Source of the DNA: Spirochaetia bacterium
Lineage (GTDB): Bacteria; Spirochaetota; Spirochaetia; SZUA-6; Bin103
Direction of reading: 5' to 3'
DNA length: 64,000 nt
Assembly: GCA_965203905.1 (NCBI GenBank)
Contig: CBDBDQ010000005.1
Span: forward strand, 7,552,001 to 7,616,000
This document shows positions 1-10,026 of the stretch, piece by piece. Under the pieces are notes generated by a model. The model did not search any database. It worked only from the letters and a program-made list of their open reading frames with translations, and was not told the DNA's origin. The translations under genes and the position numbers were made by a program. The stretch's first letter is position 1. Every line of letters begins with the position of its first letter.

Positions 1-2
1 CG

Positions 3-644
3 CGTATCATCCTCGGCGCCCGCCTGTCGCTGTCGATCGGCCTGGTGGGCGTGGCGCTGAGCTTCTGCTTCGGGATCGTGCTGGGGTCGGTCTCCGGTTA
101 TTTCGGCGGGGTGGTGGACATGGTGATCCAGCGCTTCATCGAGGTACTGACCTCGATTCCCACGCTGCCGCTGTGGATGGGCCTGAGCGCCGCCCTGCCG
201 CTGCGCTGGCCGGTGGTGAAGGTGTTCTTCTTCATCTCGCTGATCCTGTCGCTGCTGGGCTGGCCGGAGCTGGCGCGGGTGGTGCGCGGCAAGTACCTGT
301 CGCTGCGCGAGGAGGACTTCATCACCTCGGCGGTGCTGGACGGGGTGAAGACCCGTGGGGTGATTTTCCGCCACATGCTGCCGTCGTTCATGAGCCACAT
401 CATCGCGGCTGCGACGCTGGCGGTGCCGAGCATGATCCTGGCGGAGACGGCGCTCAGCTTTCTCGGCATCGGACTGCGCGCGCCGGCGATAAGCTGGGGG
501 GTGCTGCTGCAGGACGCGCAGAGCGTCGACTCGGTGGTGGCGATGCCTTGGCTGTTCACCCCGGGCCTGTTCGTGGTGGTCAGCGTGCTGGCCTTCAACT
601 TCTTCGGCGACGGGCTGCGTGACGCCGCCGACCCCTACAAGTGA
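3..644 (+). CDS. Peptide/nickel ABC transporter permease (OppC/DppC family), 5' end outside window
   Basis: EAA-loop region (LREEDFITSAVLDG), AETALSFLGIG and C-terminal FNFFGDGLRDAADPY; frame open from the window start. Confidence 0.92.
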   Translation, partial: RIILGARLSLSIGLVGVALSFCFGIVLGSVSGYFGGVVDMVIQRFIEVLTSIPTLPLWMGLSAALPLRWPVVKVFFFISLILSLLGWPELARVVRGKYLSLREEDFITSAVLDGVKTRGVIFRHMLPSFMSHIIAAATLAVPSMILAETALSFLGIGLRAPAISWGVLLQDAQSVDSVVAMPWLFTPGLFVVVSVLAFNFFGDGLRDAADPYK

Positions 645-1672
645 GCGGGCACGGGGAGCACGCGGTGGACGACCGGCTGCTGGAAGTGAAGGACCTGACC
701 ATTTCGTTCCCTACGGAAGCCGGCGTGATCCGGGCGGTGAACGAAGTGTCGTTCGAGGTGCCGCGGCGTACCACCGTCGGCGTGGTGGGCGAGAGCGGCT
801 GCGGCAAGTCGGTCACCGCCCGCGCCCTGCTCAACATCGTGCAGCCGCCGGGGCGCATCGACGGCGGGCAGGTGCTGTTCCACGACGACGCCGCGGGCGA
901 GCCGCTGGACCTGCTGTCGATGGCGCCGAAGGGTGCGAGCATCCGCCACTTCCGCGGCAAGCGGATCGCCATGATCTTCCAGGACCCGATGACCTGCCTG
1001 AGCCCGGTGCACACCGTGGGCAACCAGATCGCCGAGTCGATCCGCATCCACGACCGCGAGGTGGGGCCGCGCGAGGCTCGCGAGCGGGCAGTCGCGCTGC
1101 TGACCGAGGTGGGGATTCCCAACCCCGCGGGCCACCTGGACTCCTACTCGTTCGAGCTCAGCGGCGGCATGCGCCAGCGCGCGCTGATGGCGGTGGCGCT
1201 GGCCGCCGAGCCGGAGCTGCTGATCGCGGACGAGCCCACCACCGCCATCGACGTCACCATCCAGGCCAAGTTCCTGGACCTGATCCAACGCCTGCAGCAC
1301 GAACGGCACATGTCGATCCTGTTCATCACCCACGACCTGGGCGTGATCGCCGAGGTCAGCCGCGTGGTGGTGGTGATGTACCTCGGACGGGTGGTCGAGA
1401 TCGGCCGGGTGGAGGAGATCTACGAGCGGCCGCTGCACCCCTACACCCAGCTCCTGTTCCGGTCGATCCCCAACGAGCACGTGCCGCGCAAGACGCCGCT
1501 GGCGCAGATCAGGGGCGTGGTGCCCGACCCCTTCTCGCGCCCGCCCGGCTGTCCGTTCAGCGACCGCTGCCCCAGCTTCGTCCAGGGCACCTGCGACGCG
1601 GCCGTACCGCCTCTCTACCAGGTGGAAGAAGATCACCACGCACGGTGCTTCCTCTACGAGGAAGCCGGATGA
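641..1672 (+). CDS. Peptide ABC transporter ATP-binding subunit (OppD/DppD)
   Basis: Walker A GESGCGKS, signature LSGGMRQR, Walker [10 protein letters not shown]-terminal GCPFSDRC Cys motif; GTGA overlap with the upstream stop. Confidence 0.95.
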   Translation: MSGHGEHAVDDRLLEVKDLTISFPTEAGVIRAVNEVSFEVPRRTTVGVVGESGCGKSVTARALLNIVQPPGRIDGGQVLFHDDAAGEPLDLLSMAPKGASIRHFRGKRIAMIFQDPMTCLSPVHTVGNQIAESIRIHDREVGPREARERAVALLTEVGIPNPAGHLDSYSFELSGGMRQRALMAVALAAEPELLIADEPTTAIDVTIQAKFLDLIQRLQHERHMSILFITHDLGVIAEVSRVVVVMYLGRVVEIGRVEEIYERPLHPYTQLLFRSIPNEHVPRKTPLAQIRGVVPDPFSRPPGCPFSDRCPSFVQGTCDAAVPPLYQVEEDHHARCFLYEEAG

Positions 1673-2691
1673 CCGGCAACGCAGACGGGGCGCTGCTGGA
1701 GTTGCGGCGCCTGCGAAAGCACTTCCCGATCCAGCGCGGGGTGTTGCGGCGCACGGTGGGCTGGATTCGCGCGGTGGACGACATCAACCTGAAGGTCAAT
1801 ACCGGCGAGACCGTGGGCCTGGTCGGCGAGAGCGGCTGCGGCAAGACCACCGCCCTGCGCACCATCGTACGCGCCGTGGAGCCGACCGCGGGCGAGATCC
1901 TGTTCCGCACCAACGGCGAGATGCAATCGATCACGGCACTGGAACCGGAGGGACTGCGGGAGGTGCGGCAGCAGATACGGGTGATTTTTCAGGACCCCCA
2001 GTCGTCGCTCAATCCGCGCTTCAAGATCAGGGACATCATCGCCGAGCCGCTGAAGGCGTACGGCGTCAGCGCCAGCCGCGGCGAGATCGACGACATCGTC
2101 GTGGATACCATGGAGCGGGTCGGGCTGGACCGCGCCTACATCAACCACTACCCCTACTCGCTGAGCGGCGGCCAGCGCCAGCGGGTCGGCATCGCCCGCG
2201 CCCTGACCACGCGGCCGCGGCTGATCCTGGCCGATGAGCCCACCTCGGCGCTGGATGCCAGCGTGCAGGCGCAGATCATCAACCTGCTGCTGCGGCTGCA
2301 ACAGCAGATGAGCCTGTCGATGCTGTTCGTGACCCACGACCTGAGCGTGGTGCGCCACGTGAGCGACCGCATCGCCATCATGTACCTGGGGGAGATCGTG
2401 GAGTTGGGCGAGACCGACGAGGTGTTCCAGCGCCCCCGCCATCCTTACACCGAGGCGCTGTTCGCGGCCATCCCCAAGCCCGACCCGCGCCAGCCCAGCC
2501 GCAGGATCATCGTGGAGGGCGACATCCCCGACGCCGCGCGCCGGCCGACCGGCTGCCCCTTCCACCCCCGCTGCCGTTACGCCACCGAACTTTGCTCAGT
2601 GAAAAAACCGGCCCTGGAGCACCGCGACGGCGCCCACCCCGTCGCCTGCCACTTCCCCCTGCCCCACGACGACGCCGCCGCATCAGGTTAG
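1669..2691 (+). CDS. Peptide ABC transporter ATP-binding subunit (OppF/DppF)
   Basis: ATGA overlap at 1669; GESGCGKT, LSGGQRQR, ILADEPT, GCPFHPRC...VACH. Confidence 0.95.
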   Translation: MTGNADGALLELRRLRKHFPIQRGVLRRTVGWIRAVDDINLKVNTGETVGLVGESGCGKTTALRTIVRAVEPTAGEILFRTNGEMQSITALEPEGLREVRQQIRVIFQDPQSSLNPRFKIRDIIAEPLKAYGVSASRGEIDDIVVDTMERVGLDRAYINHYPYSLSGGQRQRVGIARALTTRPRLILADEPTSALDASVQAQIINLLLRLQQQMSLSMLFVTHDLSVVRHVSDRIAIMYLGEIVELGETDEVFQRPRHPYTEALFAAIPKPDPRQPSRRIIVEGDIPDAARRPTGCPFHPRCRYATELCSVKKPALEHRDGAHPVACHFPLPHDDAAASG

Positions 2692-2842
2692 AACCTACCG
2701 ATACTCCGGCGTTACGACCTTCATTGGTCACGCCACACCGGCTCGTCGGCTCATTGCCGTGCCAGCGGTGGGCGGGCGTTGTGCCCGGTCGTGCGGCAAG
2801 CCGCTCCCGGGCTCGTTGCTGAAGTGCCCAGGAGCCGAGCGC

Positions 2843-2871
2843 TTGCCGACCCGTGGGGGGAGGGCTAAGCT
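2843..2871 (+). promoter_or_regulatory. sigma70-like promoter, probably leaderless transcript
   Basis: TTGCCG-17 bp-TAAGCT, then 6 nt to ATG 2878; no Shine-Dalgarno between -10 and start. Confidence 0.6.
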
Positions 2872-2877
2872 GACACG

Positions 2878-3888
2878 ATGCGGATCGCCAACCCGATGTA
2901 CGACGCCGCCTTCAAGTACCTGATGGACGACCGGGCGGCCGCACGGCTGCTGGTCGGGGCGGTGCTAGGCGAGGAAGTGGTGAGCCTGGAGGCGCTGCCG
3001 CAGGAGCGCGCCGGGCGGTCGTCGCCGGCGGCGACCGCGGGCGAGCCGCCGTCGGGGGAGATGCTGACGGTGCGGCGGGTGGACTTCGCGGCCACGGTGC
3101 GCACCGCGGCGGGCGAGCGGCTGCGGGTGCTGGTGGAGGTGCAGAAGGCGCGCTTTACCGACGAGGTGATGCGCTTCCGCGAGTACCTGGGCCGCCACTA
3201 CGCCGACCGCGACAACTACGACGAGGGCGCGGACGGACGGCGGCGGCACCGGCCGTTGCGGGCGATCTACATCCTGGGGGAGTGCCTGCCGCGCACGGCG
3301 GCGACGGTGCTGCGAGTGGCGCGGGAGTACGTGGACGGCGTAAGCGGGGAGCGGCTGAGCGAGCGGGAGGAGTTCGTGGAAGCGTTGAGCCACGACTGCT
3401 GGGTGGTGCAGGTGCCGCTGCTGGCGTCGCGGCGGCGGACGGACCTGGAGCGGCTGCTGAGCGTGTTCGACCAGGAGTTGCGGGTGCCGGGCGACCGGCA
3501 CGTGCTGGAGGTGGACGAGCGGGAGATACCGGAGGTCTACGCGCCGGTGCTGCGGCGTCTGGAGGGAGCCGTGGCGAGCGTGGAAGTGGCGGACTCGATG
3601 GCGCTGGAGGACGAGGTCGCGGAGACGTGGGGGCGGATGAAGCGGGAGAGCGCGGCGAAGGACGCCGCACTGGCCGAGAAAGATGTGGCGCTGGCCGAGA
3701 AGGACGTGGCACTGGCCGAGAAAGATGTGACGCTGGCAGAAAGGGAAGCGGCGCTGGCCGAGAGAGACGCGACGCTGGAACGAGAACGGGCGACGCTGGA
3801 GCGAGAACGGGCGGAGCGTGCCACAGCCGAGAAGCGGATCGCGGAACTTGAGCGCCGTATGGCGGAGTTCGGCGGCGATGGCGGTTGA
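2878..3888 (+). CDS. PD-(D/E)XK nuclease-like protein (Rpn-like) with C-terminal coiled-coil repeats
   Basis: N-terminal IANPMYDAAFKYLM, core RVDF...LVEVQKA...MRFREYLG, heptad-repeat tail. Confidence 0.75.
   Translation: MRIANPMYDAAFKYLMDDRAAARLLVGAVLGEEVVSLEALPQERAGRSSPAATAGEPPSGEMLTVRRVDFAATVRTAAGERLRVLVEVQKARFTDEVMRFREYLGRHYADRDNYDEGADGRRRHRPLRAIYILGECLPRTAATVLRVAREYVDGVSGERLSEREEFVEALSHDCWVVQVPLLASRRRTDLERLLSVFDQELRVPGDRHVLEVDEREIPEVYAPVLRRLEGAVASVEVADSMALEDEVAETWGRMKRESAAKDAALAEKDVALAEKDVALAEKDVTLAEREAALAERDATLERERATLERERAERATAEKRIAELERRMAEFGGDGG
3658..3804 (+). repeat. Seven degenerate 21-bp in-frame repeats (KDVALAE-type heptads)
   Basis: AAGGACGCCGCACTGGCCGAG / AAAGATGTGGCGCTGGCCGAG / AAGGACGTGGCACTGGCCGAG and further decaying copies. 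Confidence 0.9.
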
Positions 3889-3951
3889 CGGCGCGCGACG
3901 ACCGCATTCAACACGAGGTTCAGCGTTGAACTCCGCTCGTTGTACCGAGGG

Positions 3952-4018
3952 GTCTACACGCACACGGTTCGCTTCCGCGCCAGCGGAGCGCCGGCTTCGC
4001 TGCCGGATGCGCGGCCTT
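3952..4018 (-). pseudogene. 3' stub of a PhyH-family gene
   Basis: Reads AAHPAAKPALRWRGSEPC, matching the C-terminus (AAQPAAKPAHRWRGTEPGCA*) of the pseudogene ending at 17491. Confidence 0.55.
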
Positions 4019-4062
4019 GCTATTTAGTGAACGTGGGGCCTCCGGCTGCCGCGCCGGCGTGC

Positions 4063-4585
4063 TCACTCTTGCTCGGGGTCGATGCCTGACCGTCGCAGCA
4101 GGGCCGCCAAGCGTTCGGCGCGCCGACGCTCCTCCACCAGCAACTGCTCCACGTGCTCGGCACGCCGACGCTGTTCCCGTCCCGTCGGAATCAACACGCC
4201 ATGCTCGTCCACCCAGCGCAGCCACCGGTGGCGGACCGCCTCGAACACGCCATCCCACAGCGTCAGCCCCAACCGCAACTCGGGAAACCACGGCGACTGC
4301 TGCTCGTAGCTCCCTGCGCTCAACCGGTAAGTGCGCAGGTCGTCGTCCATCACCTGATGCAGCGGATCGTGGATCACGTAGTACCCGACTCCCATCGCCG
4401 CGTACCGCTGCCGCTTGCGGCCCACCTCGTTGCCTTTCTGGTTCGAGACGATCTCCACCACCAGGTCCGGCGGCTTGCCGAACTCCCACACGAAGTACGA
4501 CCGGTGCACCTTGTCCCAGAAGTTCTCGTGCACCTGCACGTCCAGGCTCACGAACACGTCCGGCACGATTGCCGGGTTGCGCGGC
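4063..4585 (-). pseudogene. 5'-truncated Uma2-family endonuclease
   Basis: PDVFVSL...PDLVVEIVS...K; near-identical to 16589-17090; similarity stops abruptly at 4585. Confidence 0.88.
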
Positions 4586-5068
4586 GCCGGGGACTATTAT
4601 CAATTGGCTGTTGCCTACTGGGCGGAGATTGGCGTTGACGTCGAGATTGACACCATGGAGGTCGCCGTCCTGAGGGCAAACATCAACAATCATACGCACC
4701 AAGGGATCACCCAGTCGATGAGAGGCGTCGTCTGGTCGCCGCTTGAGGCCATCAGGATAGTAGGCCATTCGGACGCCATCTGGAATGCCGCCGGACTCCA
4801 GGATCCTGTCTATGATGCCATGGTTGAAGCCGCCGAAAACGCCGGCAGCACCGAGGAAATGATGGAACTGGTGGCGAAGGCGGATATGTACTACAGCGAG
4901 CTGCAGATTGCGACCTGGGCCCCGACGCGGCCAGCGTTGGTCTTCTGGCAGCCGTGGCTGGCGGGTTACAACGGGGAAGTTTCCATGGGAGGCGGAATGC
5001 ATTATGTCCACCTCTCGCGCCTCTGGCTCGACACAGACCTCAGGGAAGAGATGACCGGGACGAGATAA
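4586..5068 (+). pseudogene. C-terminal fragment of a family-5 ABC solute-binding protein
   Basis: YWAEIGVDVEI...QDPVYDAMVEAA...QPWLAGYNGE...SRLWLD, homologous to the C-terminus of 12023-13840; no start codon or signal peptide. Confidence 0.85.
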
Positions 5069-5143
5069 GCACACCAGGTGGGGCCCCACCCGGGCCCCCA
5101 CCCACCTGCCCACCCCCGCTCGCCGCTCGCTGAGGAGACCGCC

Positions 5144-6098
5144 CTGCGCACCTACATCATCAGAAGACTGCTGCTGCTGATCCCGAACCTCTTCATCGTG
5201 GCCAGCCTGGTCTTCCTGCTTATTCGCCTGATTCCCGGTGACATCATCGACAAAATCGTGGCTGAAATGGGGCCCGAGGCCGGTGTCGTGGACCGTGCGG
5301 CCATTGAGCGCCGCCTCGGTCTGGATGCGCCGATACACGTGCAATATGGTCGCTGGGTTGGCCAGCTACTTCAGGGGAACCTGGGCACGATGCTCAGAGG
5401 AGAGCAGCCGGTTGTCGAGCAGATACTTCCCCGGATTCCGGTGACGCTCGAGCTCGGGGTGTTTGCCGTTGTCATCGGCCTGCTGATCTCAATGCCTATC
5501 GGCATCTACTCGGCGATTCGGCAGGATAGCGCCGGCGACTACGGGGGGCGCAGCCTCGCCATCATCTTCATCTCGGTGCCGAGCTTCTGGACGGCGACTA
5601 TCGTCATGGTCTACCCCGCCATCTGGTGGGGATGGGCGCCGCCGTTGGAACTGATCACCTTCGCCGAGGACCCGCTGGGCAATCTGCGGATGTTTCTCCT
5701 CCCGGCCGCGCTCCTGGGAACGGCCCTTTCGGGAACCACGATGCGCATGACGCGCACCATGGCACTGGAGGTCCTGCGGCAAGACTACATCAGGACGGCC
5801 TGGTCGAAGGGGCTGAAGGAGGGGGTCGTCGTGGTGCGGCATGCCTTGAAGAACGCCCTCATCCCGGTGGTCACCCTGGTCGGCTTTTCAGCTGCCCATC
5901 CTCATCGGAGGGTCGGTCATCATCGAGCAGATCTTTGTCCTGCCCGGCATAGGCCGTCTGCTGCTGAACGCCCTGGGCGCGCGGGAGTATCACCTGGTTT
6001 CTGCCATCAACCTGATGCTGGCCACTGCCGTGATGGTGGTCAATCTCGGCATCGACCTCACCTACGCTTACCTGGATCCCAGGGTGCGTTATGAGTGA
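5144..6098 (+). pseudogene. DppB/OppB-family permease with +1 frameshift
   Basis: RBS GAGGAG then CTG-RTYIIRRLL; extra T in the TTTT run at 5885-5888; shifted frame gives QLPILIGGSVIIEQIF...YAYLDPRVRYE*. May be a homopolymer sequencing error. Confidence 0.8.
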
Positions 6099-6969
6099 CT
6101 TCCTGTCGCGGCTGGTCCGGGAGAAGCCGCTGGGCACATTTGGCGGCATCATCGTGCTGCTGCTGCTGTTCACCGGTATCTTCGCCGACGTGCTGGCGCC
6201 CTTCCCGATGGATGAGCCCCACATGTTGGACCGGCTGACCGGGCCGTCAGGGAAGTACCTGCTGGGTACCGACCAGTTGGGGCGAGACGTACTCAGCCGA
6301 ATCATCTACGGGGCGCGCGTTTCGCTCGTCGTCGGCCTGGCGGCAACCAGTGTCAACATGGTGGTGGCGCTGCTGATCGGCACGACGACCGGGTTCTTCG
6401 GCGGCAAGCTCGATATGGTGGTGCAGCGGTTCGTCGACGCCTGGATGGCGTTCCCGGGGCTGCTCATCTTGATCACGGTGATGTCGCTGGTCGGCCAGGG
6501 CCTGCTCCAGACCATACTGGTGCTGGGCATTAGCGGCGGAATTGGCGGCTCGCGCATCGCGCGCAGTGCCGTCATCGGCATCAGGGCGAACATGTATCTG
6601 CAGGCGGCGGAGGCGTTTGGCGCGAGTACGGCCCGAACCATCTTCCGCCACGTCCTGCCCAACATCATGGCACCCATGATCATCACCTTCACCGTGACCA
6701 TTGGCGGCGTTATCATGGCCGAGGCTTCGCTGAGCTTCCTCGGATTCGGTCTTCCCCCGAATGTCGCAAGCTGGGGAGGGATGCTGAGCAACGACGGGCG
6801 CCGGTTCATGGAGTTGGCGCCTTGGCTGGCTATCTGGCCGGGTCTTGCCCTGACGGTGGTGGTTTACAGTCTGAATATGCTCGGTGATGCGCTCAGAGAC
6901 CTGCTCGATCCCCGGCTGAAGGGCGGTGTGGGTCGTCTGGGTGCCGATAATCGCGCCAAGTCGGTCTAG
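6091..6969 (+). CDS. DppC/OppC-family permease
   Basis: LLGTDQLGRDVLSRIIYGAR, AEASLSFLGFG, GDALRDLLDPR. Confidence 0.93.
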   Translation: MSDFLSRLVREKPLGTFGGIIVLLLLFTGIFADVLAPFPMDEPHMLDRLTGPSGKYLLGTDQLGRDVLSRIIYGARVSLVVGLAATSVNMVVALLIGTTTGFFGGKLDMVVQRFVDAWMAFPGLLILITVMSLVGQGLLQTILVLGISGGIGGSRIARSAVIGIRANMYLQAAEAFGASTARTIFRHVLPNIMAPMIITFTVTIGGVIMAEASLSFLGFGLPPNVASWGGMLSNDGRRFMELAPWLAIWPGLALTVVVYSLNMLGDALRDLLDPRLKGGVGRLGADNRAKSV

Positions 6970-7001
6970 GCCAGTGGATGAAAGCGCGCCGGGTGTTTCA
7001 C
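6966..7001 (-). pseudogene. N-terminal stub (11 codons) of a probable RelE/ParE toxin
   Basis: GTGA overlap with the antitoxin stop; MKHPARFHPLA resembles ParE N-termini; cut at the 3' end of dppC. Confidence 0.5.
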
Positions 7002-7165
7002 CCCACACGCGCTCGGGCGTCGCGAAACACATCCTGCGCGGAGCGGGCGCGGTCGGCGGCTTGGTCCCAACTGGTATCTCGACGCTCGGCCTCTTCGGCC
7101 CACAGACGAGCGTTCTCCTCTTCGGAAAGATCCTCGAGGCTGGCGAGAAGCTTCTCAGCCAAGCG
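6998..7165 (-). pseudogene. 5'-truncated putative addiction-module antitoxin (TIGR02574-like)
   Basis: RLAEKLLASLEDLSEEENARLWAEEAERRD...DVFRDARAR. Confidence 0.7.
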
Positions 7166-7201
7166 CTCAAACAACTCGGAATCCCGAAGGAGGACTTTTG
7201 A
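7166..7201 (+). pseudogene. hicA: C-terminal stub of a HicA toxin
   Basis: LKQLGIPKEDF*, stop overlapping the hicB ATG (TGATG). Confidence 0.6.
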
Positions 7202-7665
7202 TGCAATACACCTACCCGTGCACATTGACCCCCGAACCGGAGGCCGGCGGCTTCTCGGTGTCGTTTCCAGACGTGCCCGAAGCGCTGACCTGTGGGGATT
7301 GCCGTACAGAAGCCCTTGAAAAGGCCGAGGATGCTCTCGCCGTCGCCCTCAGCTTTTACGTCGATGGTCGCAGAGACATCCCCGTCCCGAGTGACGTGGT
7401 GGCCGGCCAGGAGTTGGTAGCGGTACCCTCTGTCGTGGCCGCCAAGCTCGCGCTGTATACCGCGATGCGGCGTCAGGGCGTGACTCAGGTTGACCTTGGG
7501 AGGCGGCTAGGCAAAAGCCAATCCTCAGTCGCTCGGCTGCTTGACCTTCGTCATCGCTCCCATATTGGCCAGGTCGAGGCGGCCCTGCGCGCAGTGGGGC
7601 GTGTCTTGGTCGTCGGTGATCGGGCGTTCACTCCTGCGTCCGCCAGTCCGCAACCGGCACGATAG
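7201..7665 (+). CDS. hicB: HicB-family antitoxin with C-terminal HTH
   Basis: FSVSFPDVPEALTCGD..EALEKAEDAL; AKLALYTAMR...RLLDLRHRSHI; RBS AAGGAGG. Confidence 0.88.
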   Translation: MQYTYPCTLTPEPEAGGFSVSFPDVPEALTCGDCRTEALEKAEDALAVALSFYVDGRRDIPVPSDVVAGQELVAVPSVVAAKLALYTAMRRQGVTQVDLGRRLGKSQSSVARLLDLRHRSHIGQVEAALRAVGRVLVVGDRAFTPASASPQPAR

Positions 7666-7822
7666 AGCTCGATGGTTACCGTTGGTTGCTCTGCTCGTCA
7701 GCCCCTCGAACGCGCAGGACGCGGCACATGGCGGATCAATGCTCTGGGGCGGCATGCTCAGCCGGGAAGGACGAACAAGGCCCCTTGTCCTACCTGAGTG
7801 CTGAGGGCAGGGTGTTGAGGCG

Positions 7823-8062
7823 GTGAAGGCGCGGTACACACAGACGCAAGGGCAATATCTCGCCTTCATCTACTACTACAGCAAGATCCACGGTCGTCCG
7901 CCGGCGGAGGCCGACATCCAGCGCTACTTCAAGACGACACCGCCCGCCGTGCACCAAATGGTAGTGACACTCGAAAGGCGGGGACTGATTACTCGGGTTC
8001 CGAGGCAGCCGCGGACGATCCGCGTCTTGTTGTCGCGTGCGGAGCTTCCGGATCTGGAATGA
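7823..8062 (+). CDS. Small winged-helix DNA-binding protein (LexA-N/MarR-like)
   Basis: YTQTQGQYLAFIYYY..IHGRPPAEADIQRYF..TPPAVHQMVVTLERRGLI. Confidence 0.8.
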   Translation: MKARYTQTQGQYLAFIYYYSKIHGRPPAEADIQRYFKTTPPAVHQMVVTLERRGLITRVPRQPRTIRVLLSRAELPDLE

Positions 8063-8354
8063 GGAATGACGGCGTGAAGTTCGACGAGACGTATCTCGAT
8101 GCAGGGGCCCACGAACGGACGACGCGTCAGTGGTGTGATGATGTTTCTTCGAGGTGGCCTCACAGCCGCCAGCCGCCAGCCCTTCTGCCGAGCGGGGCCC
8201 ACCGACCTGTTCGCCACGTAGACGGCTACTGGGCGGTACCCCATGCCTTCCGCGACAGCCTCTGAGTGGCGACGAGTATCGAGAGTGCACCGATGAGAGA
8301 CGTACGAGAGACCAGCGTCGAGATCGGTGCGGTCGCCGGTCGCCCGGCGGAGTA

Positions 8355-8502
8355 CCTGGGCGCGCTTCTCCGAGCCAGCTCTACGGGACCACCTGACTCG
8401 GTACACTTCGCCGACTCGGTCTGCCGTGCCCAGGCGCCGCTTCGAGCTGACCGACCAGGTCACGCCCATCCCCAGCCCGGCTCGTCGACCTGGTCGGCCG
8501 CT
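8355..8502 (+). repeat. Gene remnant, with an inverted paralogous copy at 18329-18484
   Basis: Shared CCAGCTCTACGGGACCACCT...GACTCGGTCTGC...GTCACGCCCAT; many differences fall in third codon positions of the frame FS(E/D)PALRDHLTR. Confidence 0.7.
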
Positions 8503-8554
8503 CGCCTCGCCTGGGGTCCCACGGATCGCCGATGAAACGCCGCGACGACAGTCA

Positions 8555-8849
8555 GCGCAGTCTGGCGGTCCTCGAATCGACGTTGCAGCTTGCGTGACGT
8601 GTCAGGGGGAAACACGCCTGTTTTGACGAACTCACGATTGAAAGCGCCGATAGTCTGCGAGTGAGATGAGAACGTGAGACCTCGTGTCGCCAGCGACGCG
8701 CTTATCGCGTGAAATACCGCGTAGTACGCACGTGCTGCCGCATCGCCGAACGCTGAGGCTGAGAGGTCGCGCCGTGCCGTTGACAACCTTTCGTCAGCTT
8801 TGGCGAGCATGGCTTCAAGCACATACCCGGTTGGCTCGAATGCGCTCAT
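8555..8849 (-). pseudogene. HEPN-domain toxin, 3'-truncated
   Basis: AAARAYYAVFHA...SSHSQTIGAFNREFVKTG...FEDRQTA, then unrelated sequence; ATGA-coupled to the MNT gene. Confidence 0.8.
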
Positions 8850-9160
8850 ACCCGTGTGCCTTCGTGCTGAATGTTCCAGCCTATAGGAAATCGGCTCAGC
8901 TCGCGCCACTCCTCCTCGCTGTACACCAGTGCCGCGAACAGTTCGTCGTAATCGTTCAGCATCTGAACTCCAGCGTCCACAATGGCGTCGCGGACGGACG
9001 GTGTGCGCGTATCCACTACGACCAGAAAATCGTAGTCGGAACATTCCGTAGCATCACCACGCGCGTGCGAACCAAACAACACGATTTGTTTGACCTGATC
9101 GCCGAGCTTCGCGCGAACCAGCGCTGCGTATTCTCTGGCTTTGTCGACACCCGCCTTCAT
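8846..9160 (-). CDS. Minimal nucleotidyltransferase (MNT) antitoxin
   Basis: VLFGSHARGDATECSDYDFLVVV motif. Confidence 0.9.
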   Translation of the reverse strand: MKAGVDKAREYAALVRAKLGDQVKQIVLFGSHARGDATECSDYDFLVVVDTRTPSVRDAIVDAGVQMLNDYDELFAALVYSEEEWRELSRFPIGWNIQHEGTRV

Positions 9161-9219
9161 TCCGTGCTACGTGGCTGCCACCAGCCACGCCTACCATAGC
9201 ACGTGGAGATGTGCGGCGA

Positions 9220-9300
9220 TCAATCGGGGCGCAGAGCCGGCCCGCGCAGAGCCGACCCGCGCAGGCGAGAGTCCAAGAGATCGCGTACCGCGTCGCCGAA
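9220..9300 (-). pseudogene. C-terminal stub of a DppC-type permease
   Basis: FGDAVRDLLDSRLRG. Confidence 0.65.
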
Positions 9301-9387
9301 TGGCTGGAAGCCGATGCACCGATCTCGACCCTCAGGCCGTGGCACAGGATGTTACCGCTATTGGCAAGGGTCCGCCTCGATGCGATG

Positions 9388-9537
9388 CTACTGGGGCGCC
9401 GGTTGGAAGTAGCTCAGGGCATGGTCGAAGGCCACGATGCCAATGCGCGATCCGAGCACCCTCCCCGGCAGGTCATCGACGCTCGGGTGGATGCCGCCGT
9501 ACAGACGGGAGATCGCCGCCTCGTCGGCGGCGTCATA
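9388..9537 (-). pseudogene. C-terminal fragment of a vanadium-dependent haloperoxidase-family gene
   Basis: DAADEAAISRLYGGIHPSVDDLPGRVLGSRIG, the SRxYGGIH vanadate-binding motif. Confidence 0.75.
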
Positions 9538-9539
9538 GT

Positions 9540-10026
9540 TTTCCAGCGATCTGGTGGGCGTGGTCGCCGCCGTTGCGGTTGGTGCCGTTCTTGCAGAACC
9601 CACTCGGCCACATCGGCGGATTCATCATACCCAGCTTGATCCTCGGCACCTATCTATCGGCCAGCGTGATGCGCATGACCCGCACGATGACGCTGGAGGT
9701 GCTCCGGCAGGACTACATCCGCACCGCCTGGGCGAAGGGGCTCGCGGAGCGGGTGATCATCCTCAGGCACGTCACCAAGAACGCCCTGATTCCGGTGGTC
9801 ACCCTGGTCGGCCTGCAACTACCCATCCTTCGTCGGCGGCGCGGTCATCATGGAGAACCTGTTCGCCCTGCCGGGCCTCGGACGGCTGATGCTCACGGCG
9901 CTTCTGGAGCGCGACTACCCAGTGGTATCCGGCATCAACCTGTTCTTCGCTTCGGCGGTCATGACGATCAACCTGCTTATCGACATTCTCTACGCTTATC
10001 TGGACCCGCGGGTTCAGTACAAATAG
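9540..10026 (+). pseudogene. 3' half of a DppB-type permease, with frameshift
   Basis: MRMTRTMTLEVLRQDYIRTAWAKGL; extra T near 9829; ends YAYLDPRVQYK*. Confidence 0.85.

Noticed and set aside
619-1668. N-terminal extension of the 690-aa ORF and similar long ORF-track entries (61580-63547, 58267-60156, 51073-52620, 30567-32645, 23380-24744)
   Set aside because: Off-frame or antisense shadows of real genes, typical of high GC; real starts were assigned from motifs, RBS and overlaps
3905-3932. Integron attC site (ATTCAAC...GTTGAAC) near TA stubs
   Set aside because: Far too short for an attC, not repeated, and no integrase present
7735-7775. ORF 7541-7804 as a gene
   Set aside because: Only WGGMLSREGR is recognisable, a micro-fragment of a dppC paralog
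8241-8260. CCATGCCTTCCGCGACAGCC resembling the reconstructed HNH gene start and IS66 target
   Set aside because: Similarity does not extend on either side; probably chance in high-GC DNA
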